From a virus (lineage: Duplodnaviria > Caudoviricetes), in the IMG/VR virus record IMGVR_UViG_3300033068_001989, positions 64,001 through 128,000 of that record: 64,000 bases of DNA, one strand, 5' to 3'. The notes under the pieces were generated by a model. It was not told where the DNA came from, made no database searches, and was given only the letters and a program-made list of their open reading frames with translations. The first letter of the stretch is position 1; the number at the start of each line of letters is the position of its first letter. This document shows positions 39,180-48,035 of this stretch, piece after piece. Made by a program: the position numbers and the translations under genes.

Positions 39180-41150
39180 TTATCTTGTTTGAAATTTTTT
39201 CTCTAATGCAGAAGCAATAGCATTCATATATTCGTTAGAATATCCTTGTGATTGCGTTTGTGCATTAGGCATTGCGATATTCTCGCTCTCATCTAATTTT
39301 TGAACTCCAACAGTAGCAGCTCCTAGTTGACGTGTTGACCAGAAGTTTTTCACTTGGTAAGGTGTATCTAATCTATAGAAGTTACTCTGAGCAATAATAG
39401 ATTGCTTGTGTCCCTCGCTAAGTGATTCCCAAACTTGAGTGTATTCTTCAGGCATTGTATCAATAAAATTAAGACCTGTTTTGTTTTTGTTCTCGTTTTC
39501 GTTAAGAACTTCATCTGCCTTTTGTGTGTTGGCTGTTTGCTTCATTGACGCAGAAGCTTCGTTTATATTTGATTCAGTTTTTTGTGTTTTAACTGATTCT
39601 ATCAAACTATCTATACTTGTTGTAAGATCTGTATAATCTCCAGCGAATCCTGATTCGTTTAATCCAGCTGAAGCTGAAAGATCTACATTTTCTCTTAATG
39701 AATCTGTAGCTTTGTGTTTAGTTGTGTTAACTGTTTCAGCTATATATTCTGTGTAAGAGATTGATTTTTTTAATTTTTCTGCTAAGTAATCAGAATAATC
39801 TAAACCTTTATTAACATTTTCTGCTAAGTAATCCGAATATTGTATATTCTTATTAAGACCTTCTGCAAGGTATTCTGAATATTCTATACCATCATTTAAT
39901 TTTTCCGCAAGATATTCAGAGTAAGCTATTCCCTTATCTAAGTTCTCACCAAGATATTCAGAATAAGAAATTCCTTTATCTAAGTTTTCTGCTAGATATT
40001 CAGAGTATTGAATATTCTGATCAAGCTTCTCAGCAAGATATTTTGTATATTCTATTCCTTTGTCTGCAGACTCAGCAACATATTCAGAATAAGAAATTCC
40101 TTTATCTACATTTTCAGCTAGATACTTAGAATAAGAAATATTTTTATCTAAATTCTCAGCAAGATATTTACTATAGTTTATACTTTCGTCTAAGTTTTCA
40201 GCTAAGTATTCACCATATTTAATAGCATTGTCTAAATTCTCAGCTAAATACTCTGAGTATTTTTCTAGTTTAGCAACTCTTTCTTCAAGGTTTGAATTTT
40301 TATCTTCAAAGCTAGATTCTGTTAATACTTGCTTTTGTTCTTTAATTTCTGCAATTTTAGAATTCATAGATTCCATTTCTTTTTTCAAGAAAACGGAATA
40401 TTGATTTAATTCTTCTGCAGTCACAAATTCATTATTCTCCATGAGGATCGTCTTATTTTTATCTGATTTTGATACGAGGTTGTTAAATTCTTCGTTATTT
40501 TCAACTTTATATATCTTCACATCTGAATCATTTTTTAGACCTAATGATTCATTTACACATAGAAGATCGTTGGTAACACTTTTATTTCTCATTTCGAAGA
40601 AATCATCAAAATGATAACCAGCGCTTTCGTATACTCTTTCTAATTGGGCATCCTGAAATCCAGGATCTGCAACTAGATCGTAAGTGAATATTTTTTTAAT
40701 TTGAACTTTCTTATCGTTACCAACAGAACCAGCAGCTCTAGAAGAAATTGAAAGAGGAACTCCAGCATCAACAAGATTTTTAGCTATCTGTCCCATAGGA
40801 GTATCTAAAAGTCTAACTTTGATTTTGATCTCTCTCCCACCTTTATCATAATCAAGCTTTTCTATTATATGAGAAATATTCTTAAGCGAAACATCAAACT
40901 TTTCAGGGTGATCTAATTCGCCAACTAATCTTCTCTGAGCTATTTTCTCATTAAGATAGTTTAAGTGTGGAAGGTATTCGGCTTCTTCGTAAATTCTATT
41001 GTTGTTGTTCTCTTTACCGAAAACAGCAGCAGTACCTTCTAAGACATAATCATTGTTATCGGTCTTTGATGATTCAAGAACCGATGATTGTCTCTCTAGG
41101 ATGAAAACCAATTCTTCGTTTAAATTTTTAGTTGTTGGCATTTTATACAT
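39180..41150 (-). CDS. gp21: Prohead protease (gp21-like) fused to a scaffold/core (gp22-like) region
   Basis: NNNNRIY, GELDHP, ISSRAAG, YDLVADPGF, followed by 14-aa coiled-coil repeats; directly upstream of the capsid gene. Confidence 0.85.
   Translation of the reverse strand: MYKMPTTKNLNEELVFILERQSSVLESSKTDNNDYVLEGTAAVFGKENNNNRIYEEAEYLPHLNYLNEKIAQRRLVGELDHPEKFDVSLKNISHIIEKLDYDKGGREIKIKVRLLDTPMGQIAKNLVDAGVPLSISSRAAGSVGNDKKVQIKKIFTYDLVADPGFQDAQLERVYESAGYHFDDFFEMRNKSVTNDLLCVNESLGLKNDSDVKIYKVENNEEFNNLVSKSDKNKTILMENNEFVTAEELNQYSVFLKKEMESMNSKIAEIKEQKQVLTESSFEDKNSNLEERVAKLEKYSEYLAENLDNAIKYGEYLAENLDESINYSKYLAENLDKNISYSKYLAENVDKGISYSEYVAESADKGIEYTKYLAEKLDQNIQYSEYLAENLDKGISYSEYLGENLDKGIAYSEYLAEKLNDGIEYSEYLAEGLNKNIQYSDYLAENVNKGLDYSDYLAEKLKKSISYTEYIAETVNTTKHKATDSLRENVDLSASAGLNESGFAGDYTDLTTSIDSLIESVKTQKTESNINEASASMKQTANTQKADEVLNENENKNKTGLNFIDTMPEEYTQVWESLSEGHKQSIIAQSNFYRLDTPYQVKNFWSTRQLGAATVGVQKLDESENIAMPNAQTQSQGYSNEYMNAIASALEKKFQTR
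39725..40259 (-). repeat. 42-bp (14-aa) coding repeat, about 13 copies (YSEYLAENLDKGIS)
   Basis: Seen directly in the translation. Confidence 0.92.
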
Positions 41151-41209
41151 ATTTTTATGTTACTTATATATCGATTGATATATTGATATTTTTTCGATTT
41201 ATTGGTGAA

Positions 41210-43990
41210 TTATTGAAATTTTATTCTATCTTCCACTTCTTTAGCGAATTTTTTAGCGATTTGGAATGCTTCTCCGTCACGAACTTCATAGGTTTTCGTT
41301 GTATTAAACATAGGTGCATACCTATTTTTAAGTTTAACCTTTATGACCTCACCCTGTCCATTCATGAATGTTTTAGCAAGTGTTACTGCTTTCCATGTAG
41401 GTATTCCAAGAACTTCCTTCTCTTTATCAGTAAGGAATTCATCAACTATGTTTATACCACCTTTAAAGTTCTTATCTCTTATAACTGTAGCATTTTTTCT
41501 GTTTTTAATACTGATATCATCAGGATCAGCAGTAATGAAGTAATCATCCTTATTTGGAGTATTTTCATCATCACTATCTTCAGTATCAGAAGATCCATTA
41601 TCGGCATTATCATTATCTTCAGGATTGGTTTTTCTTCCACCTTCCTCTTTATTATCTGAATCTTCCTTCTTAACCTCCTCCTTGAATTCGTAGACACCTC
41701 TTCTAGGATCTATAAGAGTCTCGTCTGTACTTACACCAACCTCTATACTCGAGCCTAAATTAGCATCATAATCATCCGGACCTATAATAAAATATTTATA
41801 AGCTGCCGGAGTATATTGTCTATCATCCGGATTTGCATACTCCATATCAGTTACTGAATAAACCGCAACTTTAGCTGGGCCTGCAGCCTCCTCATTAGTT
41901 AGAGTTAATGTATCCGAAGATTCTTTTGATTTACCGCTATCTTCAGTTTCTTCGTCTCCGTCTTTCTCATTCAATCTAGAATATTCAGGATACTTACCTA
42001 TAGTATTTATATACTCAAGTACATCCTCAAATTCAGAAAATTTATGTATAACAGATCCTCTTTTAGAAGATTCGTTTATCATTGGGGTTAACCAAAGTTC
42101 TCTATTGTTTTCTGAATCATTTACTCCAGATTCACCAGTTCCACCAGATTGTTCCTTATTTTTCTTCTCTGCCGACTTATCCTTCGTATTTTTATTTTCT
42201 TTTTTCTCTGGTTTTACGTTGTTTATCTTATTGTTTCCACTTGCAAACATCTCCGCTATATCATCACTAGACTTTGATCCAAGTTCCTCGTCGGTAAGAA
42301 GTTTACCTGAAACATTCACATAATCCTTTTGTGTTGTTTGGTAGTAATATTCATATGTTTCAGGAGCATCACCATCGGATATTATATATTGTTCAGAAGC
42401 TTCGTTATAATATTCTAGCAAAACTGACCAGTCACATATACCCATGAAATTAAAACTAGTAGCTATATCTTCAGGCTGATCAACATAAGCTACCTTAACA
42501 TCCATATCTTCATTATCTAGAATCCTTCTTAATCCAGAAAGACCACTTTGAGCGTTTATTGGTCCATTCTTTATAGAGATCAACGTAACAGCATGATCAG
42601 AAAGACCTTTCTGATATTCCTTGGAGTTTATAGCAGTTAATATAAATATTGAATCCCCGCTATTTCCTTTACCTACCTTAAATAATTCAGCAGTTGTTCT
42701 TGTATCATTACTATAAAGAAAACTTGCAGCTATACCAAGACCTGTACCAGCAGGTTGTTTCCAACATATTGTTATTGAAGTACCATCTTTTATCTTTCCC
42801 GGATCAAATTCCTTTCCTCCTTTACCTGATGCGATTGTATCCTCTATCTCATCCCATTTAGGTGCCTGATTGTCACTAAACCAATTCCATGTTGATCCTA
42901 TAGCATCAATAGCTAATAGTGCTTGACCTACAAAAGGAACTAATCTAGCACCACCCTTAGAAACACCTCTACTTAATCCAGTTCTAAATGCAGTTACTAT
43001 CTTAGGTAGAGAAGCTTTACCTAAAACAGCAGCTTTACCTGCTCCTTTTACTCCTCTAACTATAGACTTACCAACAACTACAGTATCTTTAAATTTAAGA
43101 AGATCTACTAGACCACTTCCTAAGACTTTTACTTTTTTAACTCCACCTGATGCAACATTTTTAAGAAATTGTCCAGATTTTGCAAGTAGACCAGTAGCTT
43201 TAGCACCTTCTGTAGCAACAGTAGCTGCTGGTGCAAGACCTCTTATTGATTTTAAAGCTGCTCCTGCAGCAACACCATATCCAACTCTTCTTAATACCGC
43301 CCACGTTACACCTATACCAGCTCCAATAGCTGCGTATTCACCTGCAGTTTTTAGTATACCTTCAACCAATTCTTTCATTGTAGTATCAGGATCAACTGGT
43401 CCTCCAGGGAGTGATTCCTTAATTGATATAACTTTAACCTTAGAATCATCTGATCCAGGAAGAGCAACCATCTTAAATGCTTTGAGCGTTTCGTCAACAT
43501 TTATTTTTGTTTCTGGGTCCTCCATACTGACAAATACAGCTTTTTCCTCACCAGTAGGTAAATCTGCATCCACAGAATTTATATTCTTAAGTTTACCATC
43601 AGCTTTAAGTTTATTATAAGCATAATGAAATTTTATACCAATTTTAGCTTCAGCCGATATTGGTTCGTCTGCTTCATTTAAACTATCATATTCATCAAAA
43701 GATAAAACATCAGATTCATTCAAATTGTTATGAAATCTATAAGATCCTACATTTTCCTTTATGAGATCAGTCAAACTGTTTCCATATCTACTAGTTTCTT
43801 CAGAATCAGCAACCCATTGTCTTTTATTAGCATCCATCCATTTTTTAAACTCCGAAGATTCTGCCCACCATTGAAAATCATCAAATGTTTTTTCCTGTGG
43901 ATTTAATTCAGAAATATCGGTAGGTATGCTTATCATTGGAAAATCGTCGCCAATGTTATATTTCCCATTTTTGGGTAAAAATATATTCAT
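41210..43990 (-). CDS. Large putative internal/ejection protein with a Gly/Ala-rich hydrophobic segment
   Basis: LNES/LNEA/INES sites; AAIGAGIGVTWAVL..RLVPFVGQALLAIDAIG segment. Confidence 0.45.
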   Translation of the reverse strand: MNIFLPKNGKYNIGDDFPMISIPTDISELNPQEKTFDDFQWWAESSEFKKWMDANKRQWVADSEETSRYGNSLTDLIKENVGSYRFHNNLNESDVLSFDEYDSLNEADEPISAEAKIGIKFHYAYNKLKADGKLKNINSVDADLPTGEEKAVFVSMEDPETKINVDETLKAFKMVALPGSDDSKVKVISIKESLPGGPVDPDTTMKELVEGILKTAGEYAAIGAGIGVTWAVLRRVGYGVAAGAALKSIRGLAPAATVATEGAKATGLLAKSGQFLKNVASGGVKKVKVLGSGLVDLLKFKDTVVVGKSIVRGVKGAGKAAVLGKASLPKIVTAFRTGLSRGVSKGGARLVPFVGQALLAIDAIGSTWNWFSDNQAPKWDEIEDTIASGKGGKEFDPGKIKDGTSITICWKQPAGTGLGIAASFLYSNDTRTTAELFKVGKGNSGDSIFILTAINSKEYQKGLSDHAVTLISIKNGPINAQSGLSGLRRILDNEDMDVKVAYVDQPEDIATSFNFMGICDWSVLLEYYNEASEQYIISDGDAPETYEYYYQTTQKDYVNVSGKLLTDEELGSKSSDDIAEMFASGNNKINNVKPEKKENKNTKDKSAEKKNKEQSGGTGESGVNDSENNRELWLTPMINESSKRGSVIHKFSEFEDVLEYINTIGKYPEYSRLNEKDGDEETEDSGKSKESSDTLTLTNEEAAGPAKVAVYSVTDMEYANPDDRQYTPAAYKYFIIGPDDYDANLGSSIEVGVSTDETLIDPRRGVYEFKEEVKKEDSDNKEEGGRKTNPEDNDNADNGSSDTEDSDDENTPNKDDYFITADPDDISIKNRKNATVIRDKNFKGGINIVDEFLTDKEKEVLGIPTWKAVTLAKTFMNGQGEVIKVKLKNRYAPMFNTTKTYEVRDGEAFQIAKKFAKEVEDRIKFQ

Positions 43991-43998
43991 AATATAAA

Positions 43999-44814
43999 TT
44001 ATTTTTCTGTGTAAATTTTATCGTATGATTTAGATATAGTATCTATTAATTTCTCTATATATCCATCATTTCTTAGTTTTTTGAACACGAGATTCCCTAT
44101 AGACATCTCGCCGTCTTTGGAAAGACTTTCTTTCCTCATTTTTTGTATCTTATCTTTAAGTTTAAGGCATCTTTTATATAATGACTTGGCATTACTCGGG
44201 GGATCTGATTGATCCTTTAATTTCACATCTAAAGAATCAATCTCATTCGAAATTGAATCATATTTTTTAGATACGTCCATCTCGTCTATAGTCGGCGGAT
44301 CAAAAACAGGTTTTCTTACCCATTTATTATTCAACAACGAAAAGAGACCAGTGGAATCATGAACCTCATTCTCACTCTGGAGATATAGTTCTGTATCATA
44401 TCCTCTAATAGAAATATTATGTCTAAGATTCCATATGAATCTTACCCCGTCTATAGCGGCTTTTAGTATTTTTGGATTCTCGTCATCTATACCATCAAGA
44501 TTCACGATAACATGAACATCCAGATCCGAGAAATTGGTGTAGTTGTAATTAGATAAAGATCCGGTTAATTGGACATCCTTTATTACTCTCCCTTTTAGAA
44601 GTTCAGGGAATTTTTCGTAGAAATCATTAGCGATTCTTAAAAGTTTTCTTCTAACCCGCTGATCGAATACCCACTCGATGTTTCCATCATCATCCTTCTT
44701 TTTTTTCCAAAAGATAGGATTTAGCTCGTCATGATAAAATGCTCCAATCTCCTTCTCGGTGATTAGATCATTCACATTATGTACGAATAAATTAAAATTA
44801 AATACCTTGTTCAC
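43999..44814 (-). CDS. Pol-beta-superfamily nucleotidyltransferase
   Basis: LTGSLSNYNYTNFSDLDVHV (GS..DxD) and a third acidic residue in DTELY; GTG start. Confidence 0.75.
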   Translation of the reverse strand: MNKVFNFNLFVHNVNDLITEKEIGAFYHDELNPIFWKKKKDDDGNIEWVFDQRVRRKLLRIANDFYEKFPELLKGRVIKDVQLTGSLSNYNYTNFSDLDVHVIVNLDGIDDENPKILKAAIDGVRFIWNLRHNISIRGYDTELYLQSENEVHDSTGLFSLLNNKWVRKPVFDPPTIDEMDVSKKYDSISNEIDSLDVKLKDQSDPPSNAKSLYKRCLKLKDKIQKMRKESLSKDGEMSIGNLVFKKLRNDGYIEKLIDTISKSYDKIYTEK

Positions 44815-44851
44815 AAAAAAAGCTTTCCTCTATATATCAAAGGAAAGCTTT
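44815..44851 (-). terminator. Intrinsic terminator with the late promoter motif in its loop
   Basis: Minus strand AAGCTTTCCT-tTGATATATAg-AGGAAAGCTT-TTTTT, directly followed by the GTG start. Confidence 0.7.
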
Positions 44852-44870
44852 AAAGTATTTAACTAATATT

Positions 44871-45569
44871 CTAGAAGCAGACTTTCTCAAGAACCTCCAT
44901 GACGGTTCTTACGTCTATTTCACAATAATCTTTTATTTCATCATATGCCTGATTATCCCAAAAGTATCCATTAACTTTAGAGCCATCCATATTTTCTTTA
45001 GGTGATTTAACACCAAGAGAACAAGAAAGAAGATCAAGGCTTAGATATTTTTGTTGCGTCCAGCTACCAAAAGCAAAGACATCTGAGGTATCAATATATG
45101 GTATTTCCCATGGCTTTTTATCCCACACTTGTAGATTCGCTGATGGATTTATACCATTATAAACCATCCTTTTACCTAAACATGGAACGTCAAAACCTTT
45201 TATATTATGTCCACATAATTTCCAATTTTTTGCCATTGCATTATTGAAAACCTTGTTACTTTTTTCTAAAATATCTATCTCGTCGGTACCGTAAAAAGAT
45301 TTAAAAACTTTTTCACCATTGCTAAAGGAACCAAAAGAAACGCAAACAACTCTGGAAAATTCAGGCTCTAAGGATGCCTTAGCTAGATAAACATCACCAT
45401 CGCTCCAGTGTGATATTTCAGGATTAGCCCCTCTATAATAGATAGCTCTCTTTTTCCATAACTCTGCAAGTCTTGGATTCTTTCTTTCAAGTGTCATAAA
45501 ATCCTTCTCTGAGCAAACAGTTTCGACATCAAAATAAAGATAGGTTTCAATAGTTTCTAATTTGAACAT
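44871..45569 (-). CDS. DEDD 3'-5' exonuclease, PolB-exo-like (start revised from 45587)
   Basis: ExoI FDVET, ExoII HNIKGFD, ExoIII YCEID. Confidence 0.8.
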   Translation of the reverse strand: MFKLETIETYLYFDVETVCSEKDFMTLERKNPRLAELWKKRAIYYRGANPEISHWSDGDVYLAKASLEPEFSRVVCVSFGSFSNGEKVFKSFYGTDEIDILEKSNKVFNNAMAKNWKLCGHNIKGFDVPCLGKRMVYNGINPSANLQVWDKKPWEIPYIDTSDVFAFGSWTQQKYLSLDLLSCSLGVKSPKENMDGSKVNGYFWDNQAYDEIKDYCEIDVRTVMEVLEKVCF

Positions 45570-45584
45570 AATTATAATTTTATA

Positions 45585-45592
45585 CAAATATA
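45585..45592 (-). promoter_or_regulatory. Bacteroidota-type -7 element TAnnTTTG (also at 52041-52048)
   Basis: TATATTTG upstream of the exonuclease and TATTTTTG upstream of the ligase. Confidence 0.4.
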
Positions 45593-45616
45593 ATCAAATA
45601 TTACGGAATAAAAAAA

Positions 45617-46522
45617 TTATTTCTTTGAAATTTTATTAATAACTGTCGGGGGTAACCCTCTATGTGATTTTAAATATTCAAGATAACAAAGTTCCTTGTT
45701 TGGTGAATCTATTATAACATCAATGTCAAGTCCAAAAGTTGGAATTCTCATTGTTAATAAATCAGTACAAGTAGGGGAGAGAGCTTTACCGTTATTATCA
45801 ACATCTGCTGCTTCTGAATGAAAGAAGAAAGGTTTAGTATTTACCTTCCATGTTGATGCTGCAAGAAACATAGCCTCTCTTATAGATAATCCACCATCAT
45901 TGAACTGATGTGGTAATATTCTAAAGCATAGAGGTATCCCTGTTTCATAATAAACACCGGATAGAAGATCGGTTATTGAAAAAAGACTGGGTTTCTCGTC
46001 ATTAGTGACTGTTAATCTCTGAATTGTAGAATTTTTGAGTTTAGAGACCATCGAGCAGAATTCCTTCATTGTTTTTTTTCTGTTACCGTAGGCTGATCCT
46101 ATCCTTATAACTATCGAAGGTCCATTCATACCGATTACACCAAGAACATCGGAAAGCTTATTAAGTAGCTTTATAGTTTTTATTCTAATATCCTCGATTT
46201 GACTTCCTAGAAAATAATCCTTACCTATAAATATAACAACTCTCATCGAGTTTTTATTTATCAGTGAATTTATATCATTAATTTTTTCAGAGAGAAGAGG
46301 ATTTTCCTCCTCTATTAAATCGTCATCAAGGAAATCCTGAGTTATATCAAGCTCACTAAGATTTAAACAAACTATCTTAGATGATATCTTGGAATTTATT
46401 ATACATAAAGCCAAGATAAGATCAAGTATATCATCATATGAACATACTTGCTTATCTATTGTTATTGATTTCTTGGGAATCCCAAGATACGATATATTTG
46501 TTTGATTGTGTCCGAATATCAT
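45617..46522 (-). CDS. UvsE/UVDE-like TIM-barrel protein, apparently degenerate
   Basis: RLTVTNDEK, GIPLCF..HQFNDGGLS, AASTW..PFFFHSE match the UvsE layout; several expected His/Glu/Asp ligands are replaced. Confidence 0.6.
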   Translation of the reverse strand: MIFGHNQTNISYLGIPKKSITIDKQVCSYDDILDLILALCIINSKISSKIVCLNLSELDITQDFLDDDLIEEENPLLSEKINDINSLINKNSMRVVIFIGKDYFLGSQIEDIRIKTIKLLNKLSDVLGVIGMNGPSIVIRIGSAYGNRKKTMKEFCSMVSKLKNSTIQRLTVTNDEKPSLFSITDLLSGVYYETGIPLCFRILPHQFNDGGLSIREAMFLAASTWKVNTKPFFFHSEAADVDNNGKALSPTCTDLLTMRIPTFGLDIDVIIDSPNKELCYLEYLKSHRGLPPTVINKISKK

Positions 46523-46568
46523 CTATAGGGTTTCTTATTTGTACTATAAATGATTGAATTGGTTTCTC

Positions 46569-47048
46569 TTAATTGTTTGTCTCCTGTCCTAATTCACTAG
46601 CGCTATAGACAGTTTTTGAATTATATACTGATCCAGGTAGCTCACTTGCTTTGCTTTTAGATATGGTTTCCATGTTCCCGTGATTCCCACCTTCTGCAAA
46701 TTTTATGCAATCTGATTTTATTTCTATTACCTTCTTGCTTTTCTTTCCTTTAATATAGGATTGTATAAAATATCTATACTGTTTATTGTCAGGATTTCTG
46801 AAGCATCTAACTATAACACCTATAACTTTTTTCTTTGAATCGATAGGCTGAGATTCTACAACATCTCCTATTTGAAATTCAGAACCTTCAACTGTTCTAT
46901 CCACATTTGGATCCGGTCCAACTGATACAGAAAGGTCACCATAAGGTTTATAGCTAACTTTCATAACACCATTACCACTTCCGAGACCATACGTATCACC
47001 AAATACGCCACCATCAAGATATTCGTTTATGTCCTTAATATATTTCAT
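46569..47048 (-). CDS. Hypothetical protein with targeting-like N terminus and SH3/KOW-like module
   Basis: MKYIKDINEY; FQIGDVVES..VIGVIVR. Confidence 0.5.
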   Translation of the reverse strand: MKYIKDINEYLDGGVFGDTYGLGSGNGVMKVSYKPYGDLSVSVGPDPNVDRTVEGSEFQIGDVVESQPIDSKKKVIGVIVRCFRNPDNKQYRYFIQSYIKGKKSKKVIEIKSDCIKFAEGGNHGNMETISKSKASELPGSVYNSKTVYSASELGQETNN

Positions 47049-47062
47049 TTAGAATTATTATT

Positions 47063-47599
47063 TTATTTCTGATTTTTTTGGATATTTATAACATCCCTTA
47101 TCTTAGCAGCAAGCTCAAATTTCTCATCAGAAAGTGCTTTTTTTAGCATTTTATCAAGTGCATCAGATTCTGTTGTTTCCTCCTCTGGTTGATTTTTTAT
47201 ATTATTAGCTATTAGATACATCCTCTGAGGTGAATATATTACTTCCAACGTTGGGTCTAGAACCATCTCACCCATTATATCTTCCCCTTCCTCCTCCATT
47301 TCTTCCTTTATCTCGTTGAGATATTCCTCAGTCCATAATGGGTTATCCCAAAATATCATCCAATAACCATATATTAATTCAGGTATGTTATTTTCAATAA
47401 CATATTTAAGGAGACTCTTTAATTCATTCTTAAGATCATTCTTGGTAATGCCATCAGCAAAAGCCTTTCTCTTAACTCCTGGTATAACAGATACCCCGTC
47501 ACCAACTCCATGTTTAAAACATTTATTGACATCAAATATAACATCCCAGTCCATTCCTGAAATAACCTTGTCTATGACTCTATCAGTTTCCTTTTTCAT
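47063..47599 (-). CDS. Protein with C-terminal UVR (UvrB/UvrC) motif
   Basis: LDKMLKKALSDEKFELAAKIRDVI. Confidence 0.65.
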   Translation of the reverse strand: MKKETDRVIDKVISGMDWDVIFDVNKCFKHGVGDGVSVIPGVKRKAFADGITKNDLKNELKSLLKYVIENNIPELIYGYWMIFWDNPLWTEEYLNEIKEEMEEEGEDIMGEMVLDPTLEVIYSPQRMYLIANNIKNQPEEETTESDALDKMLKKALSDEKFELAAKIRDVINIQKNQK

Positions 47600-47610
47600 T
47601 CTTTATATAT

Positions 47611-48033
47611 CTATTTTTTTAAACCTAACTGATCAGAAACATCTAGCATCCAGTCGTTATATTTATCAGGATAGAATTCTTTCAGCTGTGAAAGATCTCT
47701 CCTGGATATCTTGTATCTATCACAAATAAAATTTTCAATTTCGCTATAATCAGAAACTTTTGTTTTTTTTCCAGTAGTTTCTTTTTTTATTGTCTTTGTG
47801 TATATCCAAGCGGGAGGTTTAGAAAATCTATTAGATAAAGTATCTCTCCACCAATCAACAACAAAATGAGGGGTTACTCTCATTTTGTTAAATTGATTAG
47901 CTTGTACGGGAAATTGTATAGACATTATTCTATTGATCATAAAGAAATTACGAACCTTGTCATTTTTACCTACAGAATCCCACGTTCTTTGATTTTTTGA
48001 AAATATATTTTTTACTATATCGAAAAGTTCCAT
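47611..48033 (-). CDS. Possible clamp loader small subunit (gp62-like)
   Basis: MELFDIVKNI..FFMINRIMS resembles gp62-family N termini; near gp44. Confidence 0.45.
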   Translation of the reverse strand: MELFDIVKNIFSKNQRTWDSVGKNDKVRNFFMINRIMSIQFPVQANQFNKMRVTPHFVVDWWRDTLSNRFSKPPAWIYTKTIKKETTGKKTKVSDYSEIENFICDRYKISRRDLSQLKEFYPDKYNDWMLDVSDQLGLKK

Positions 48034-48035
48034 TA

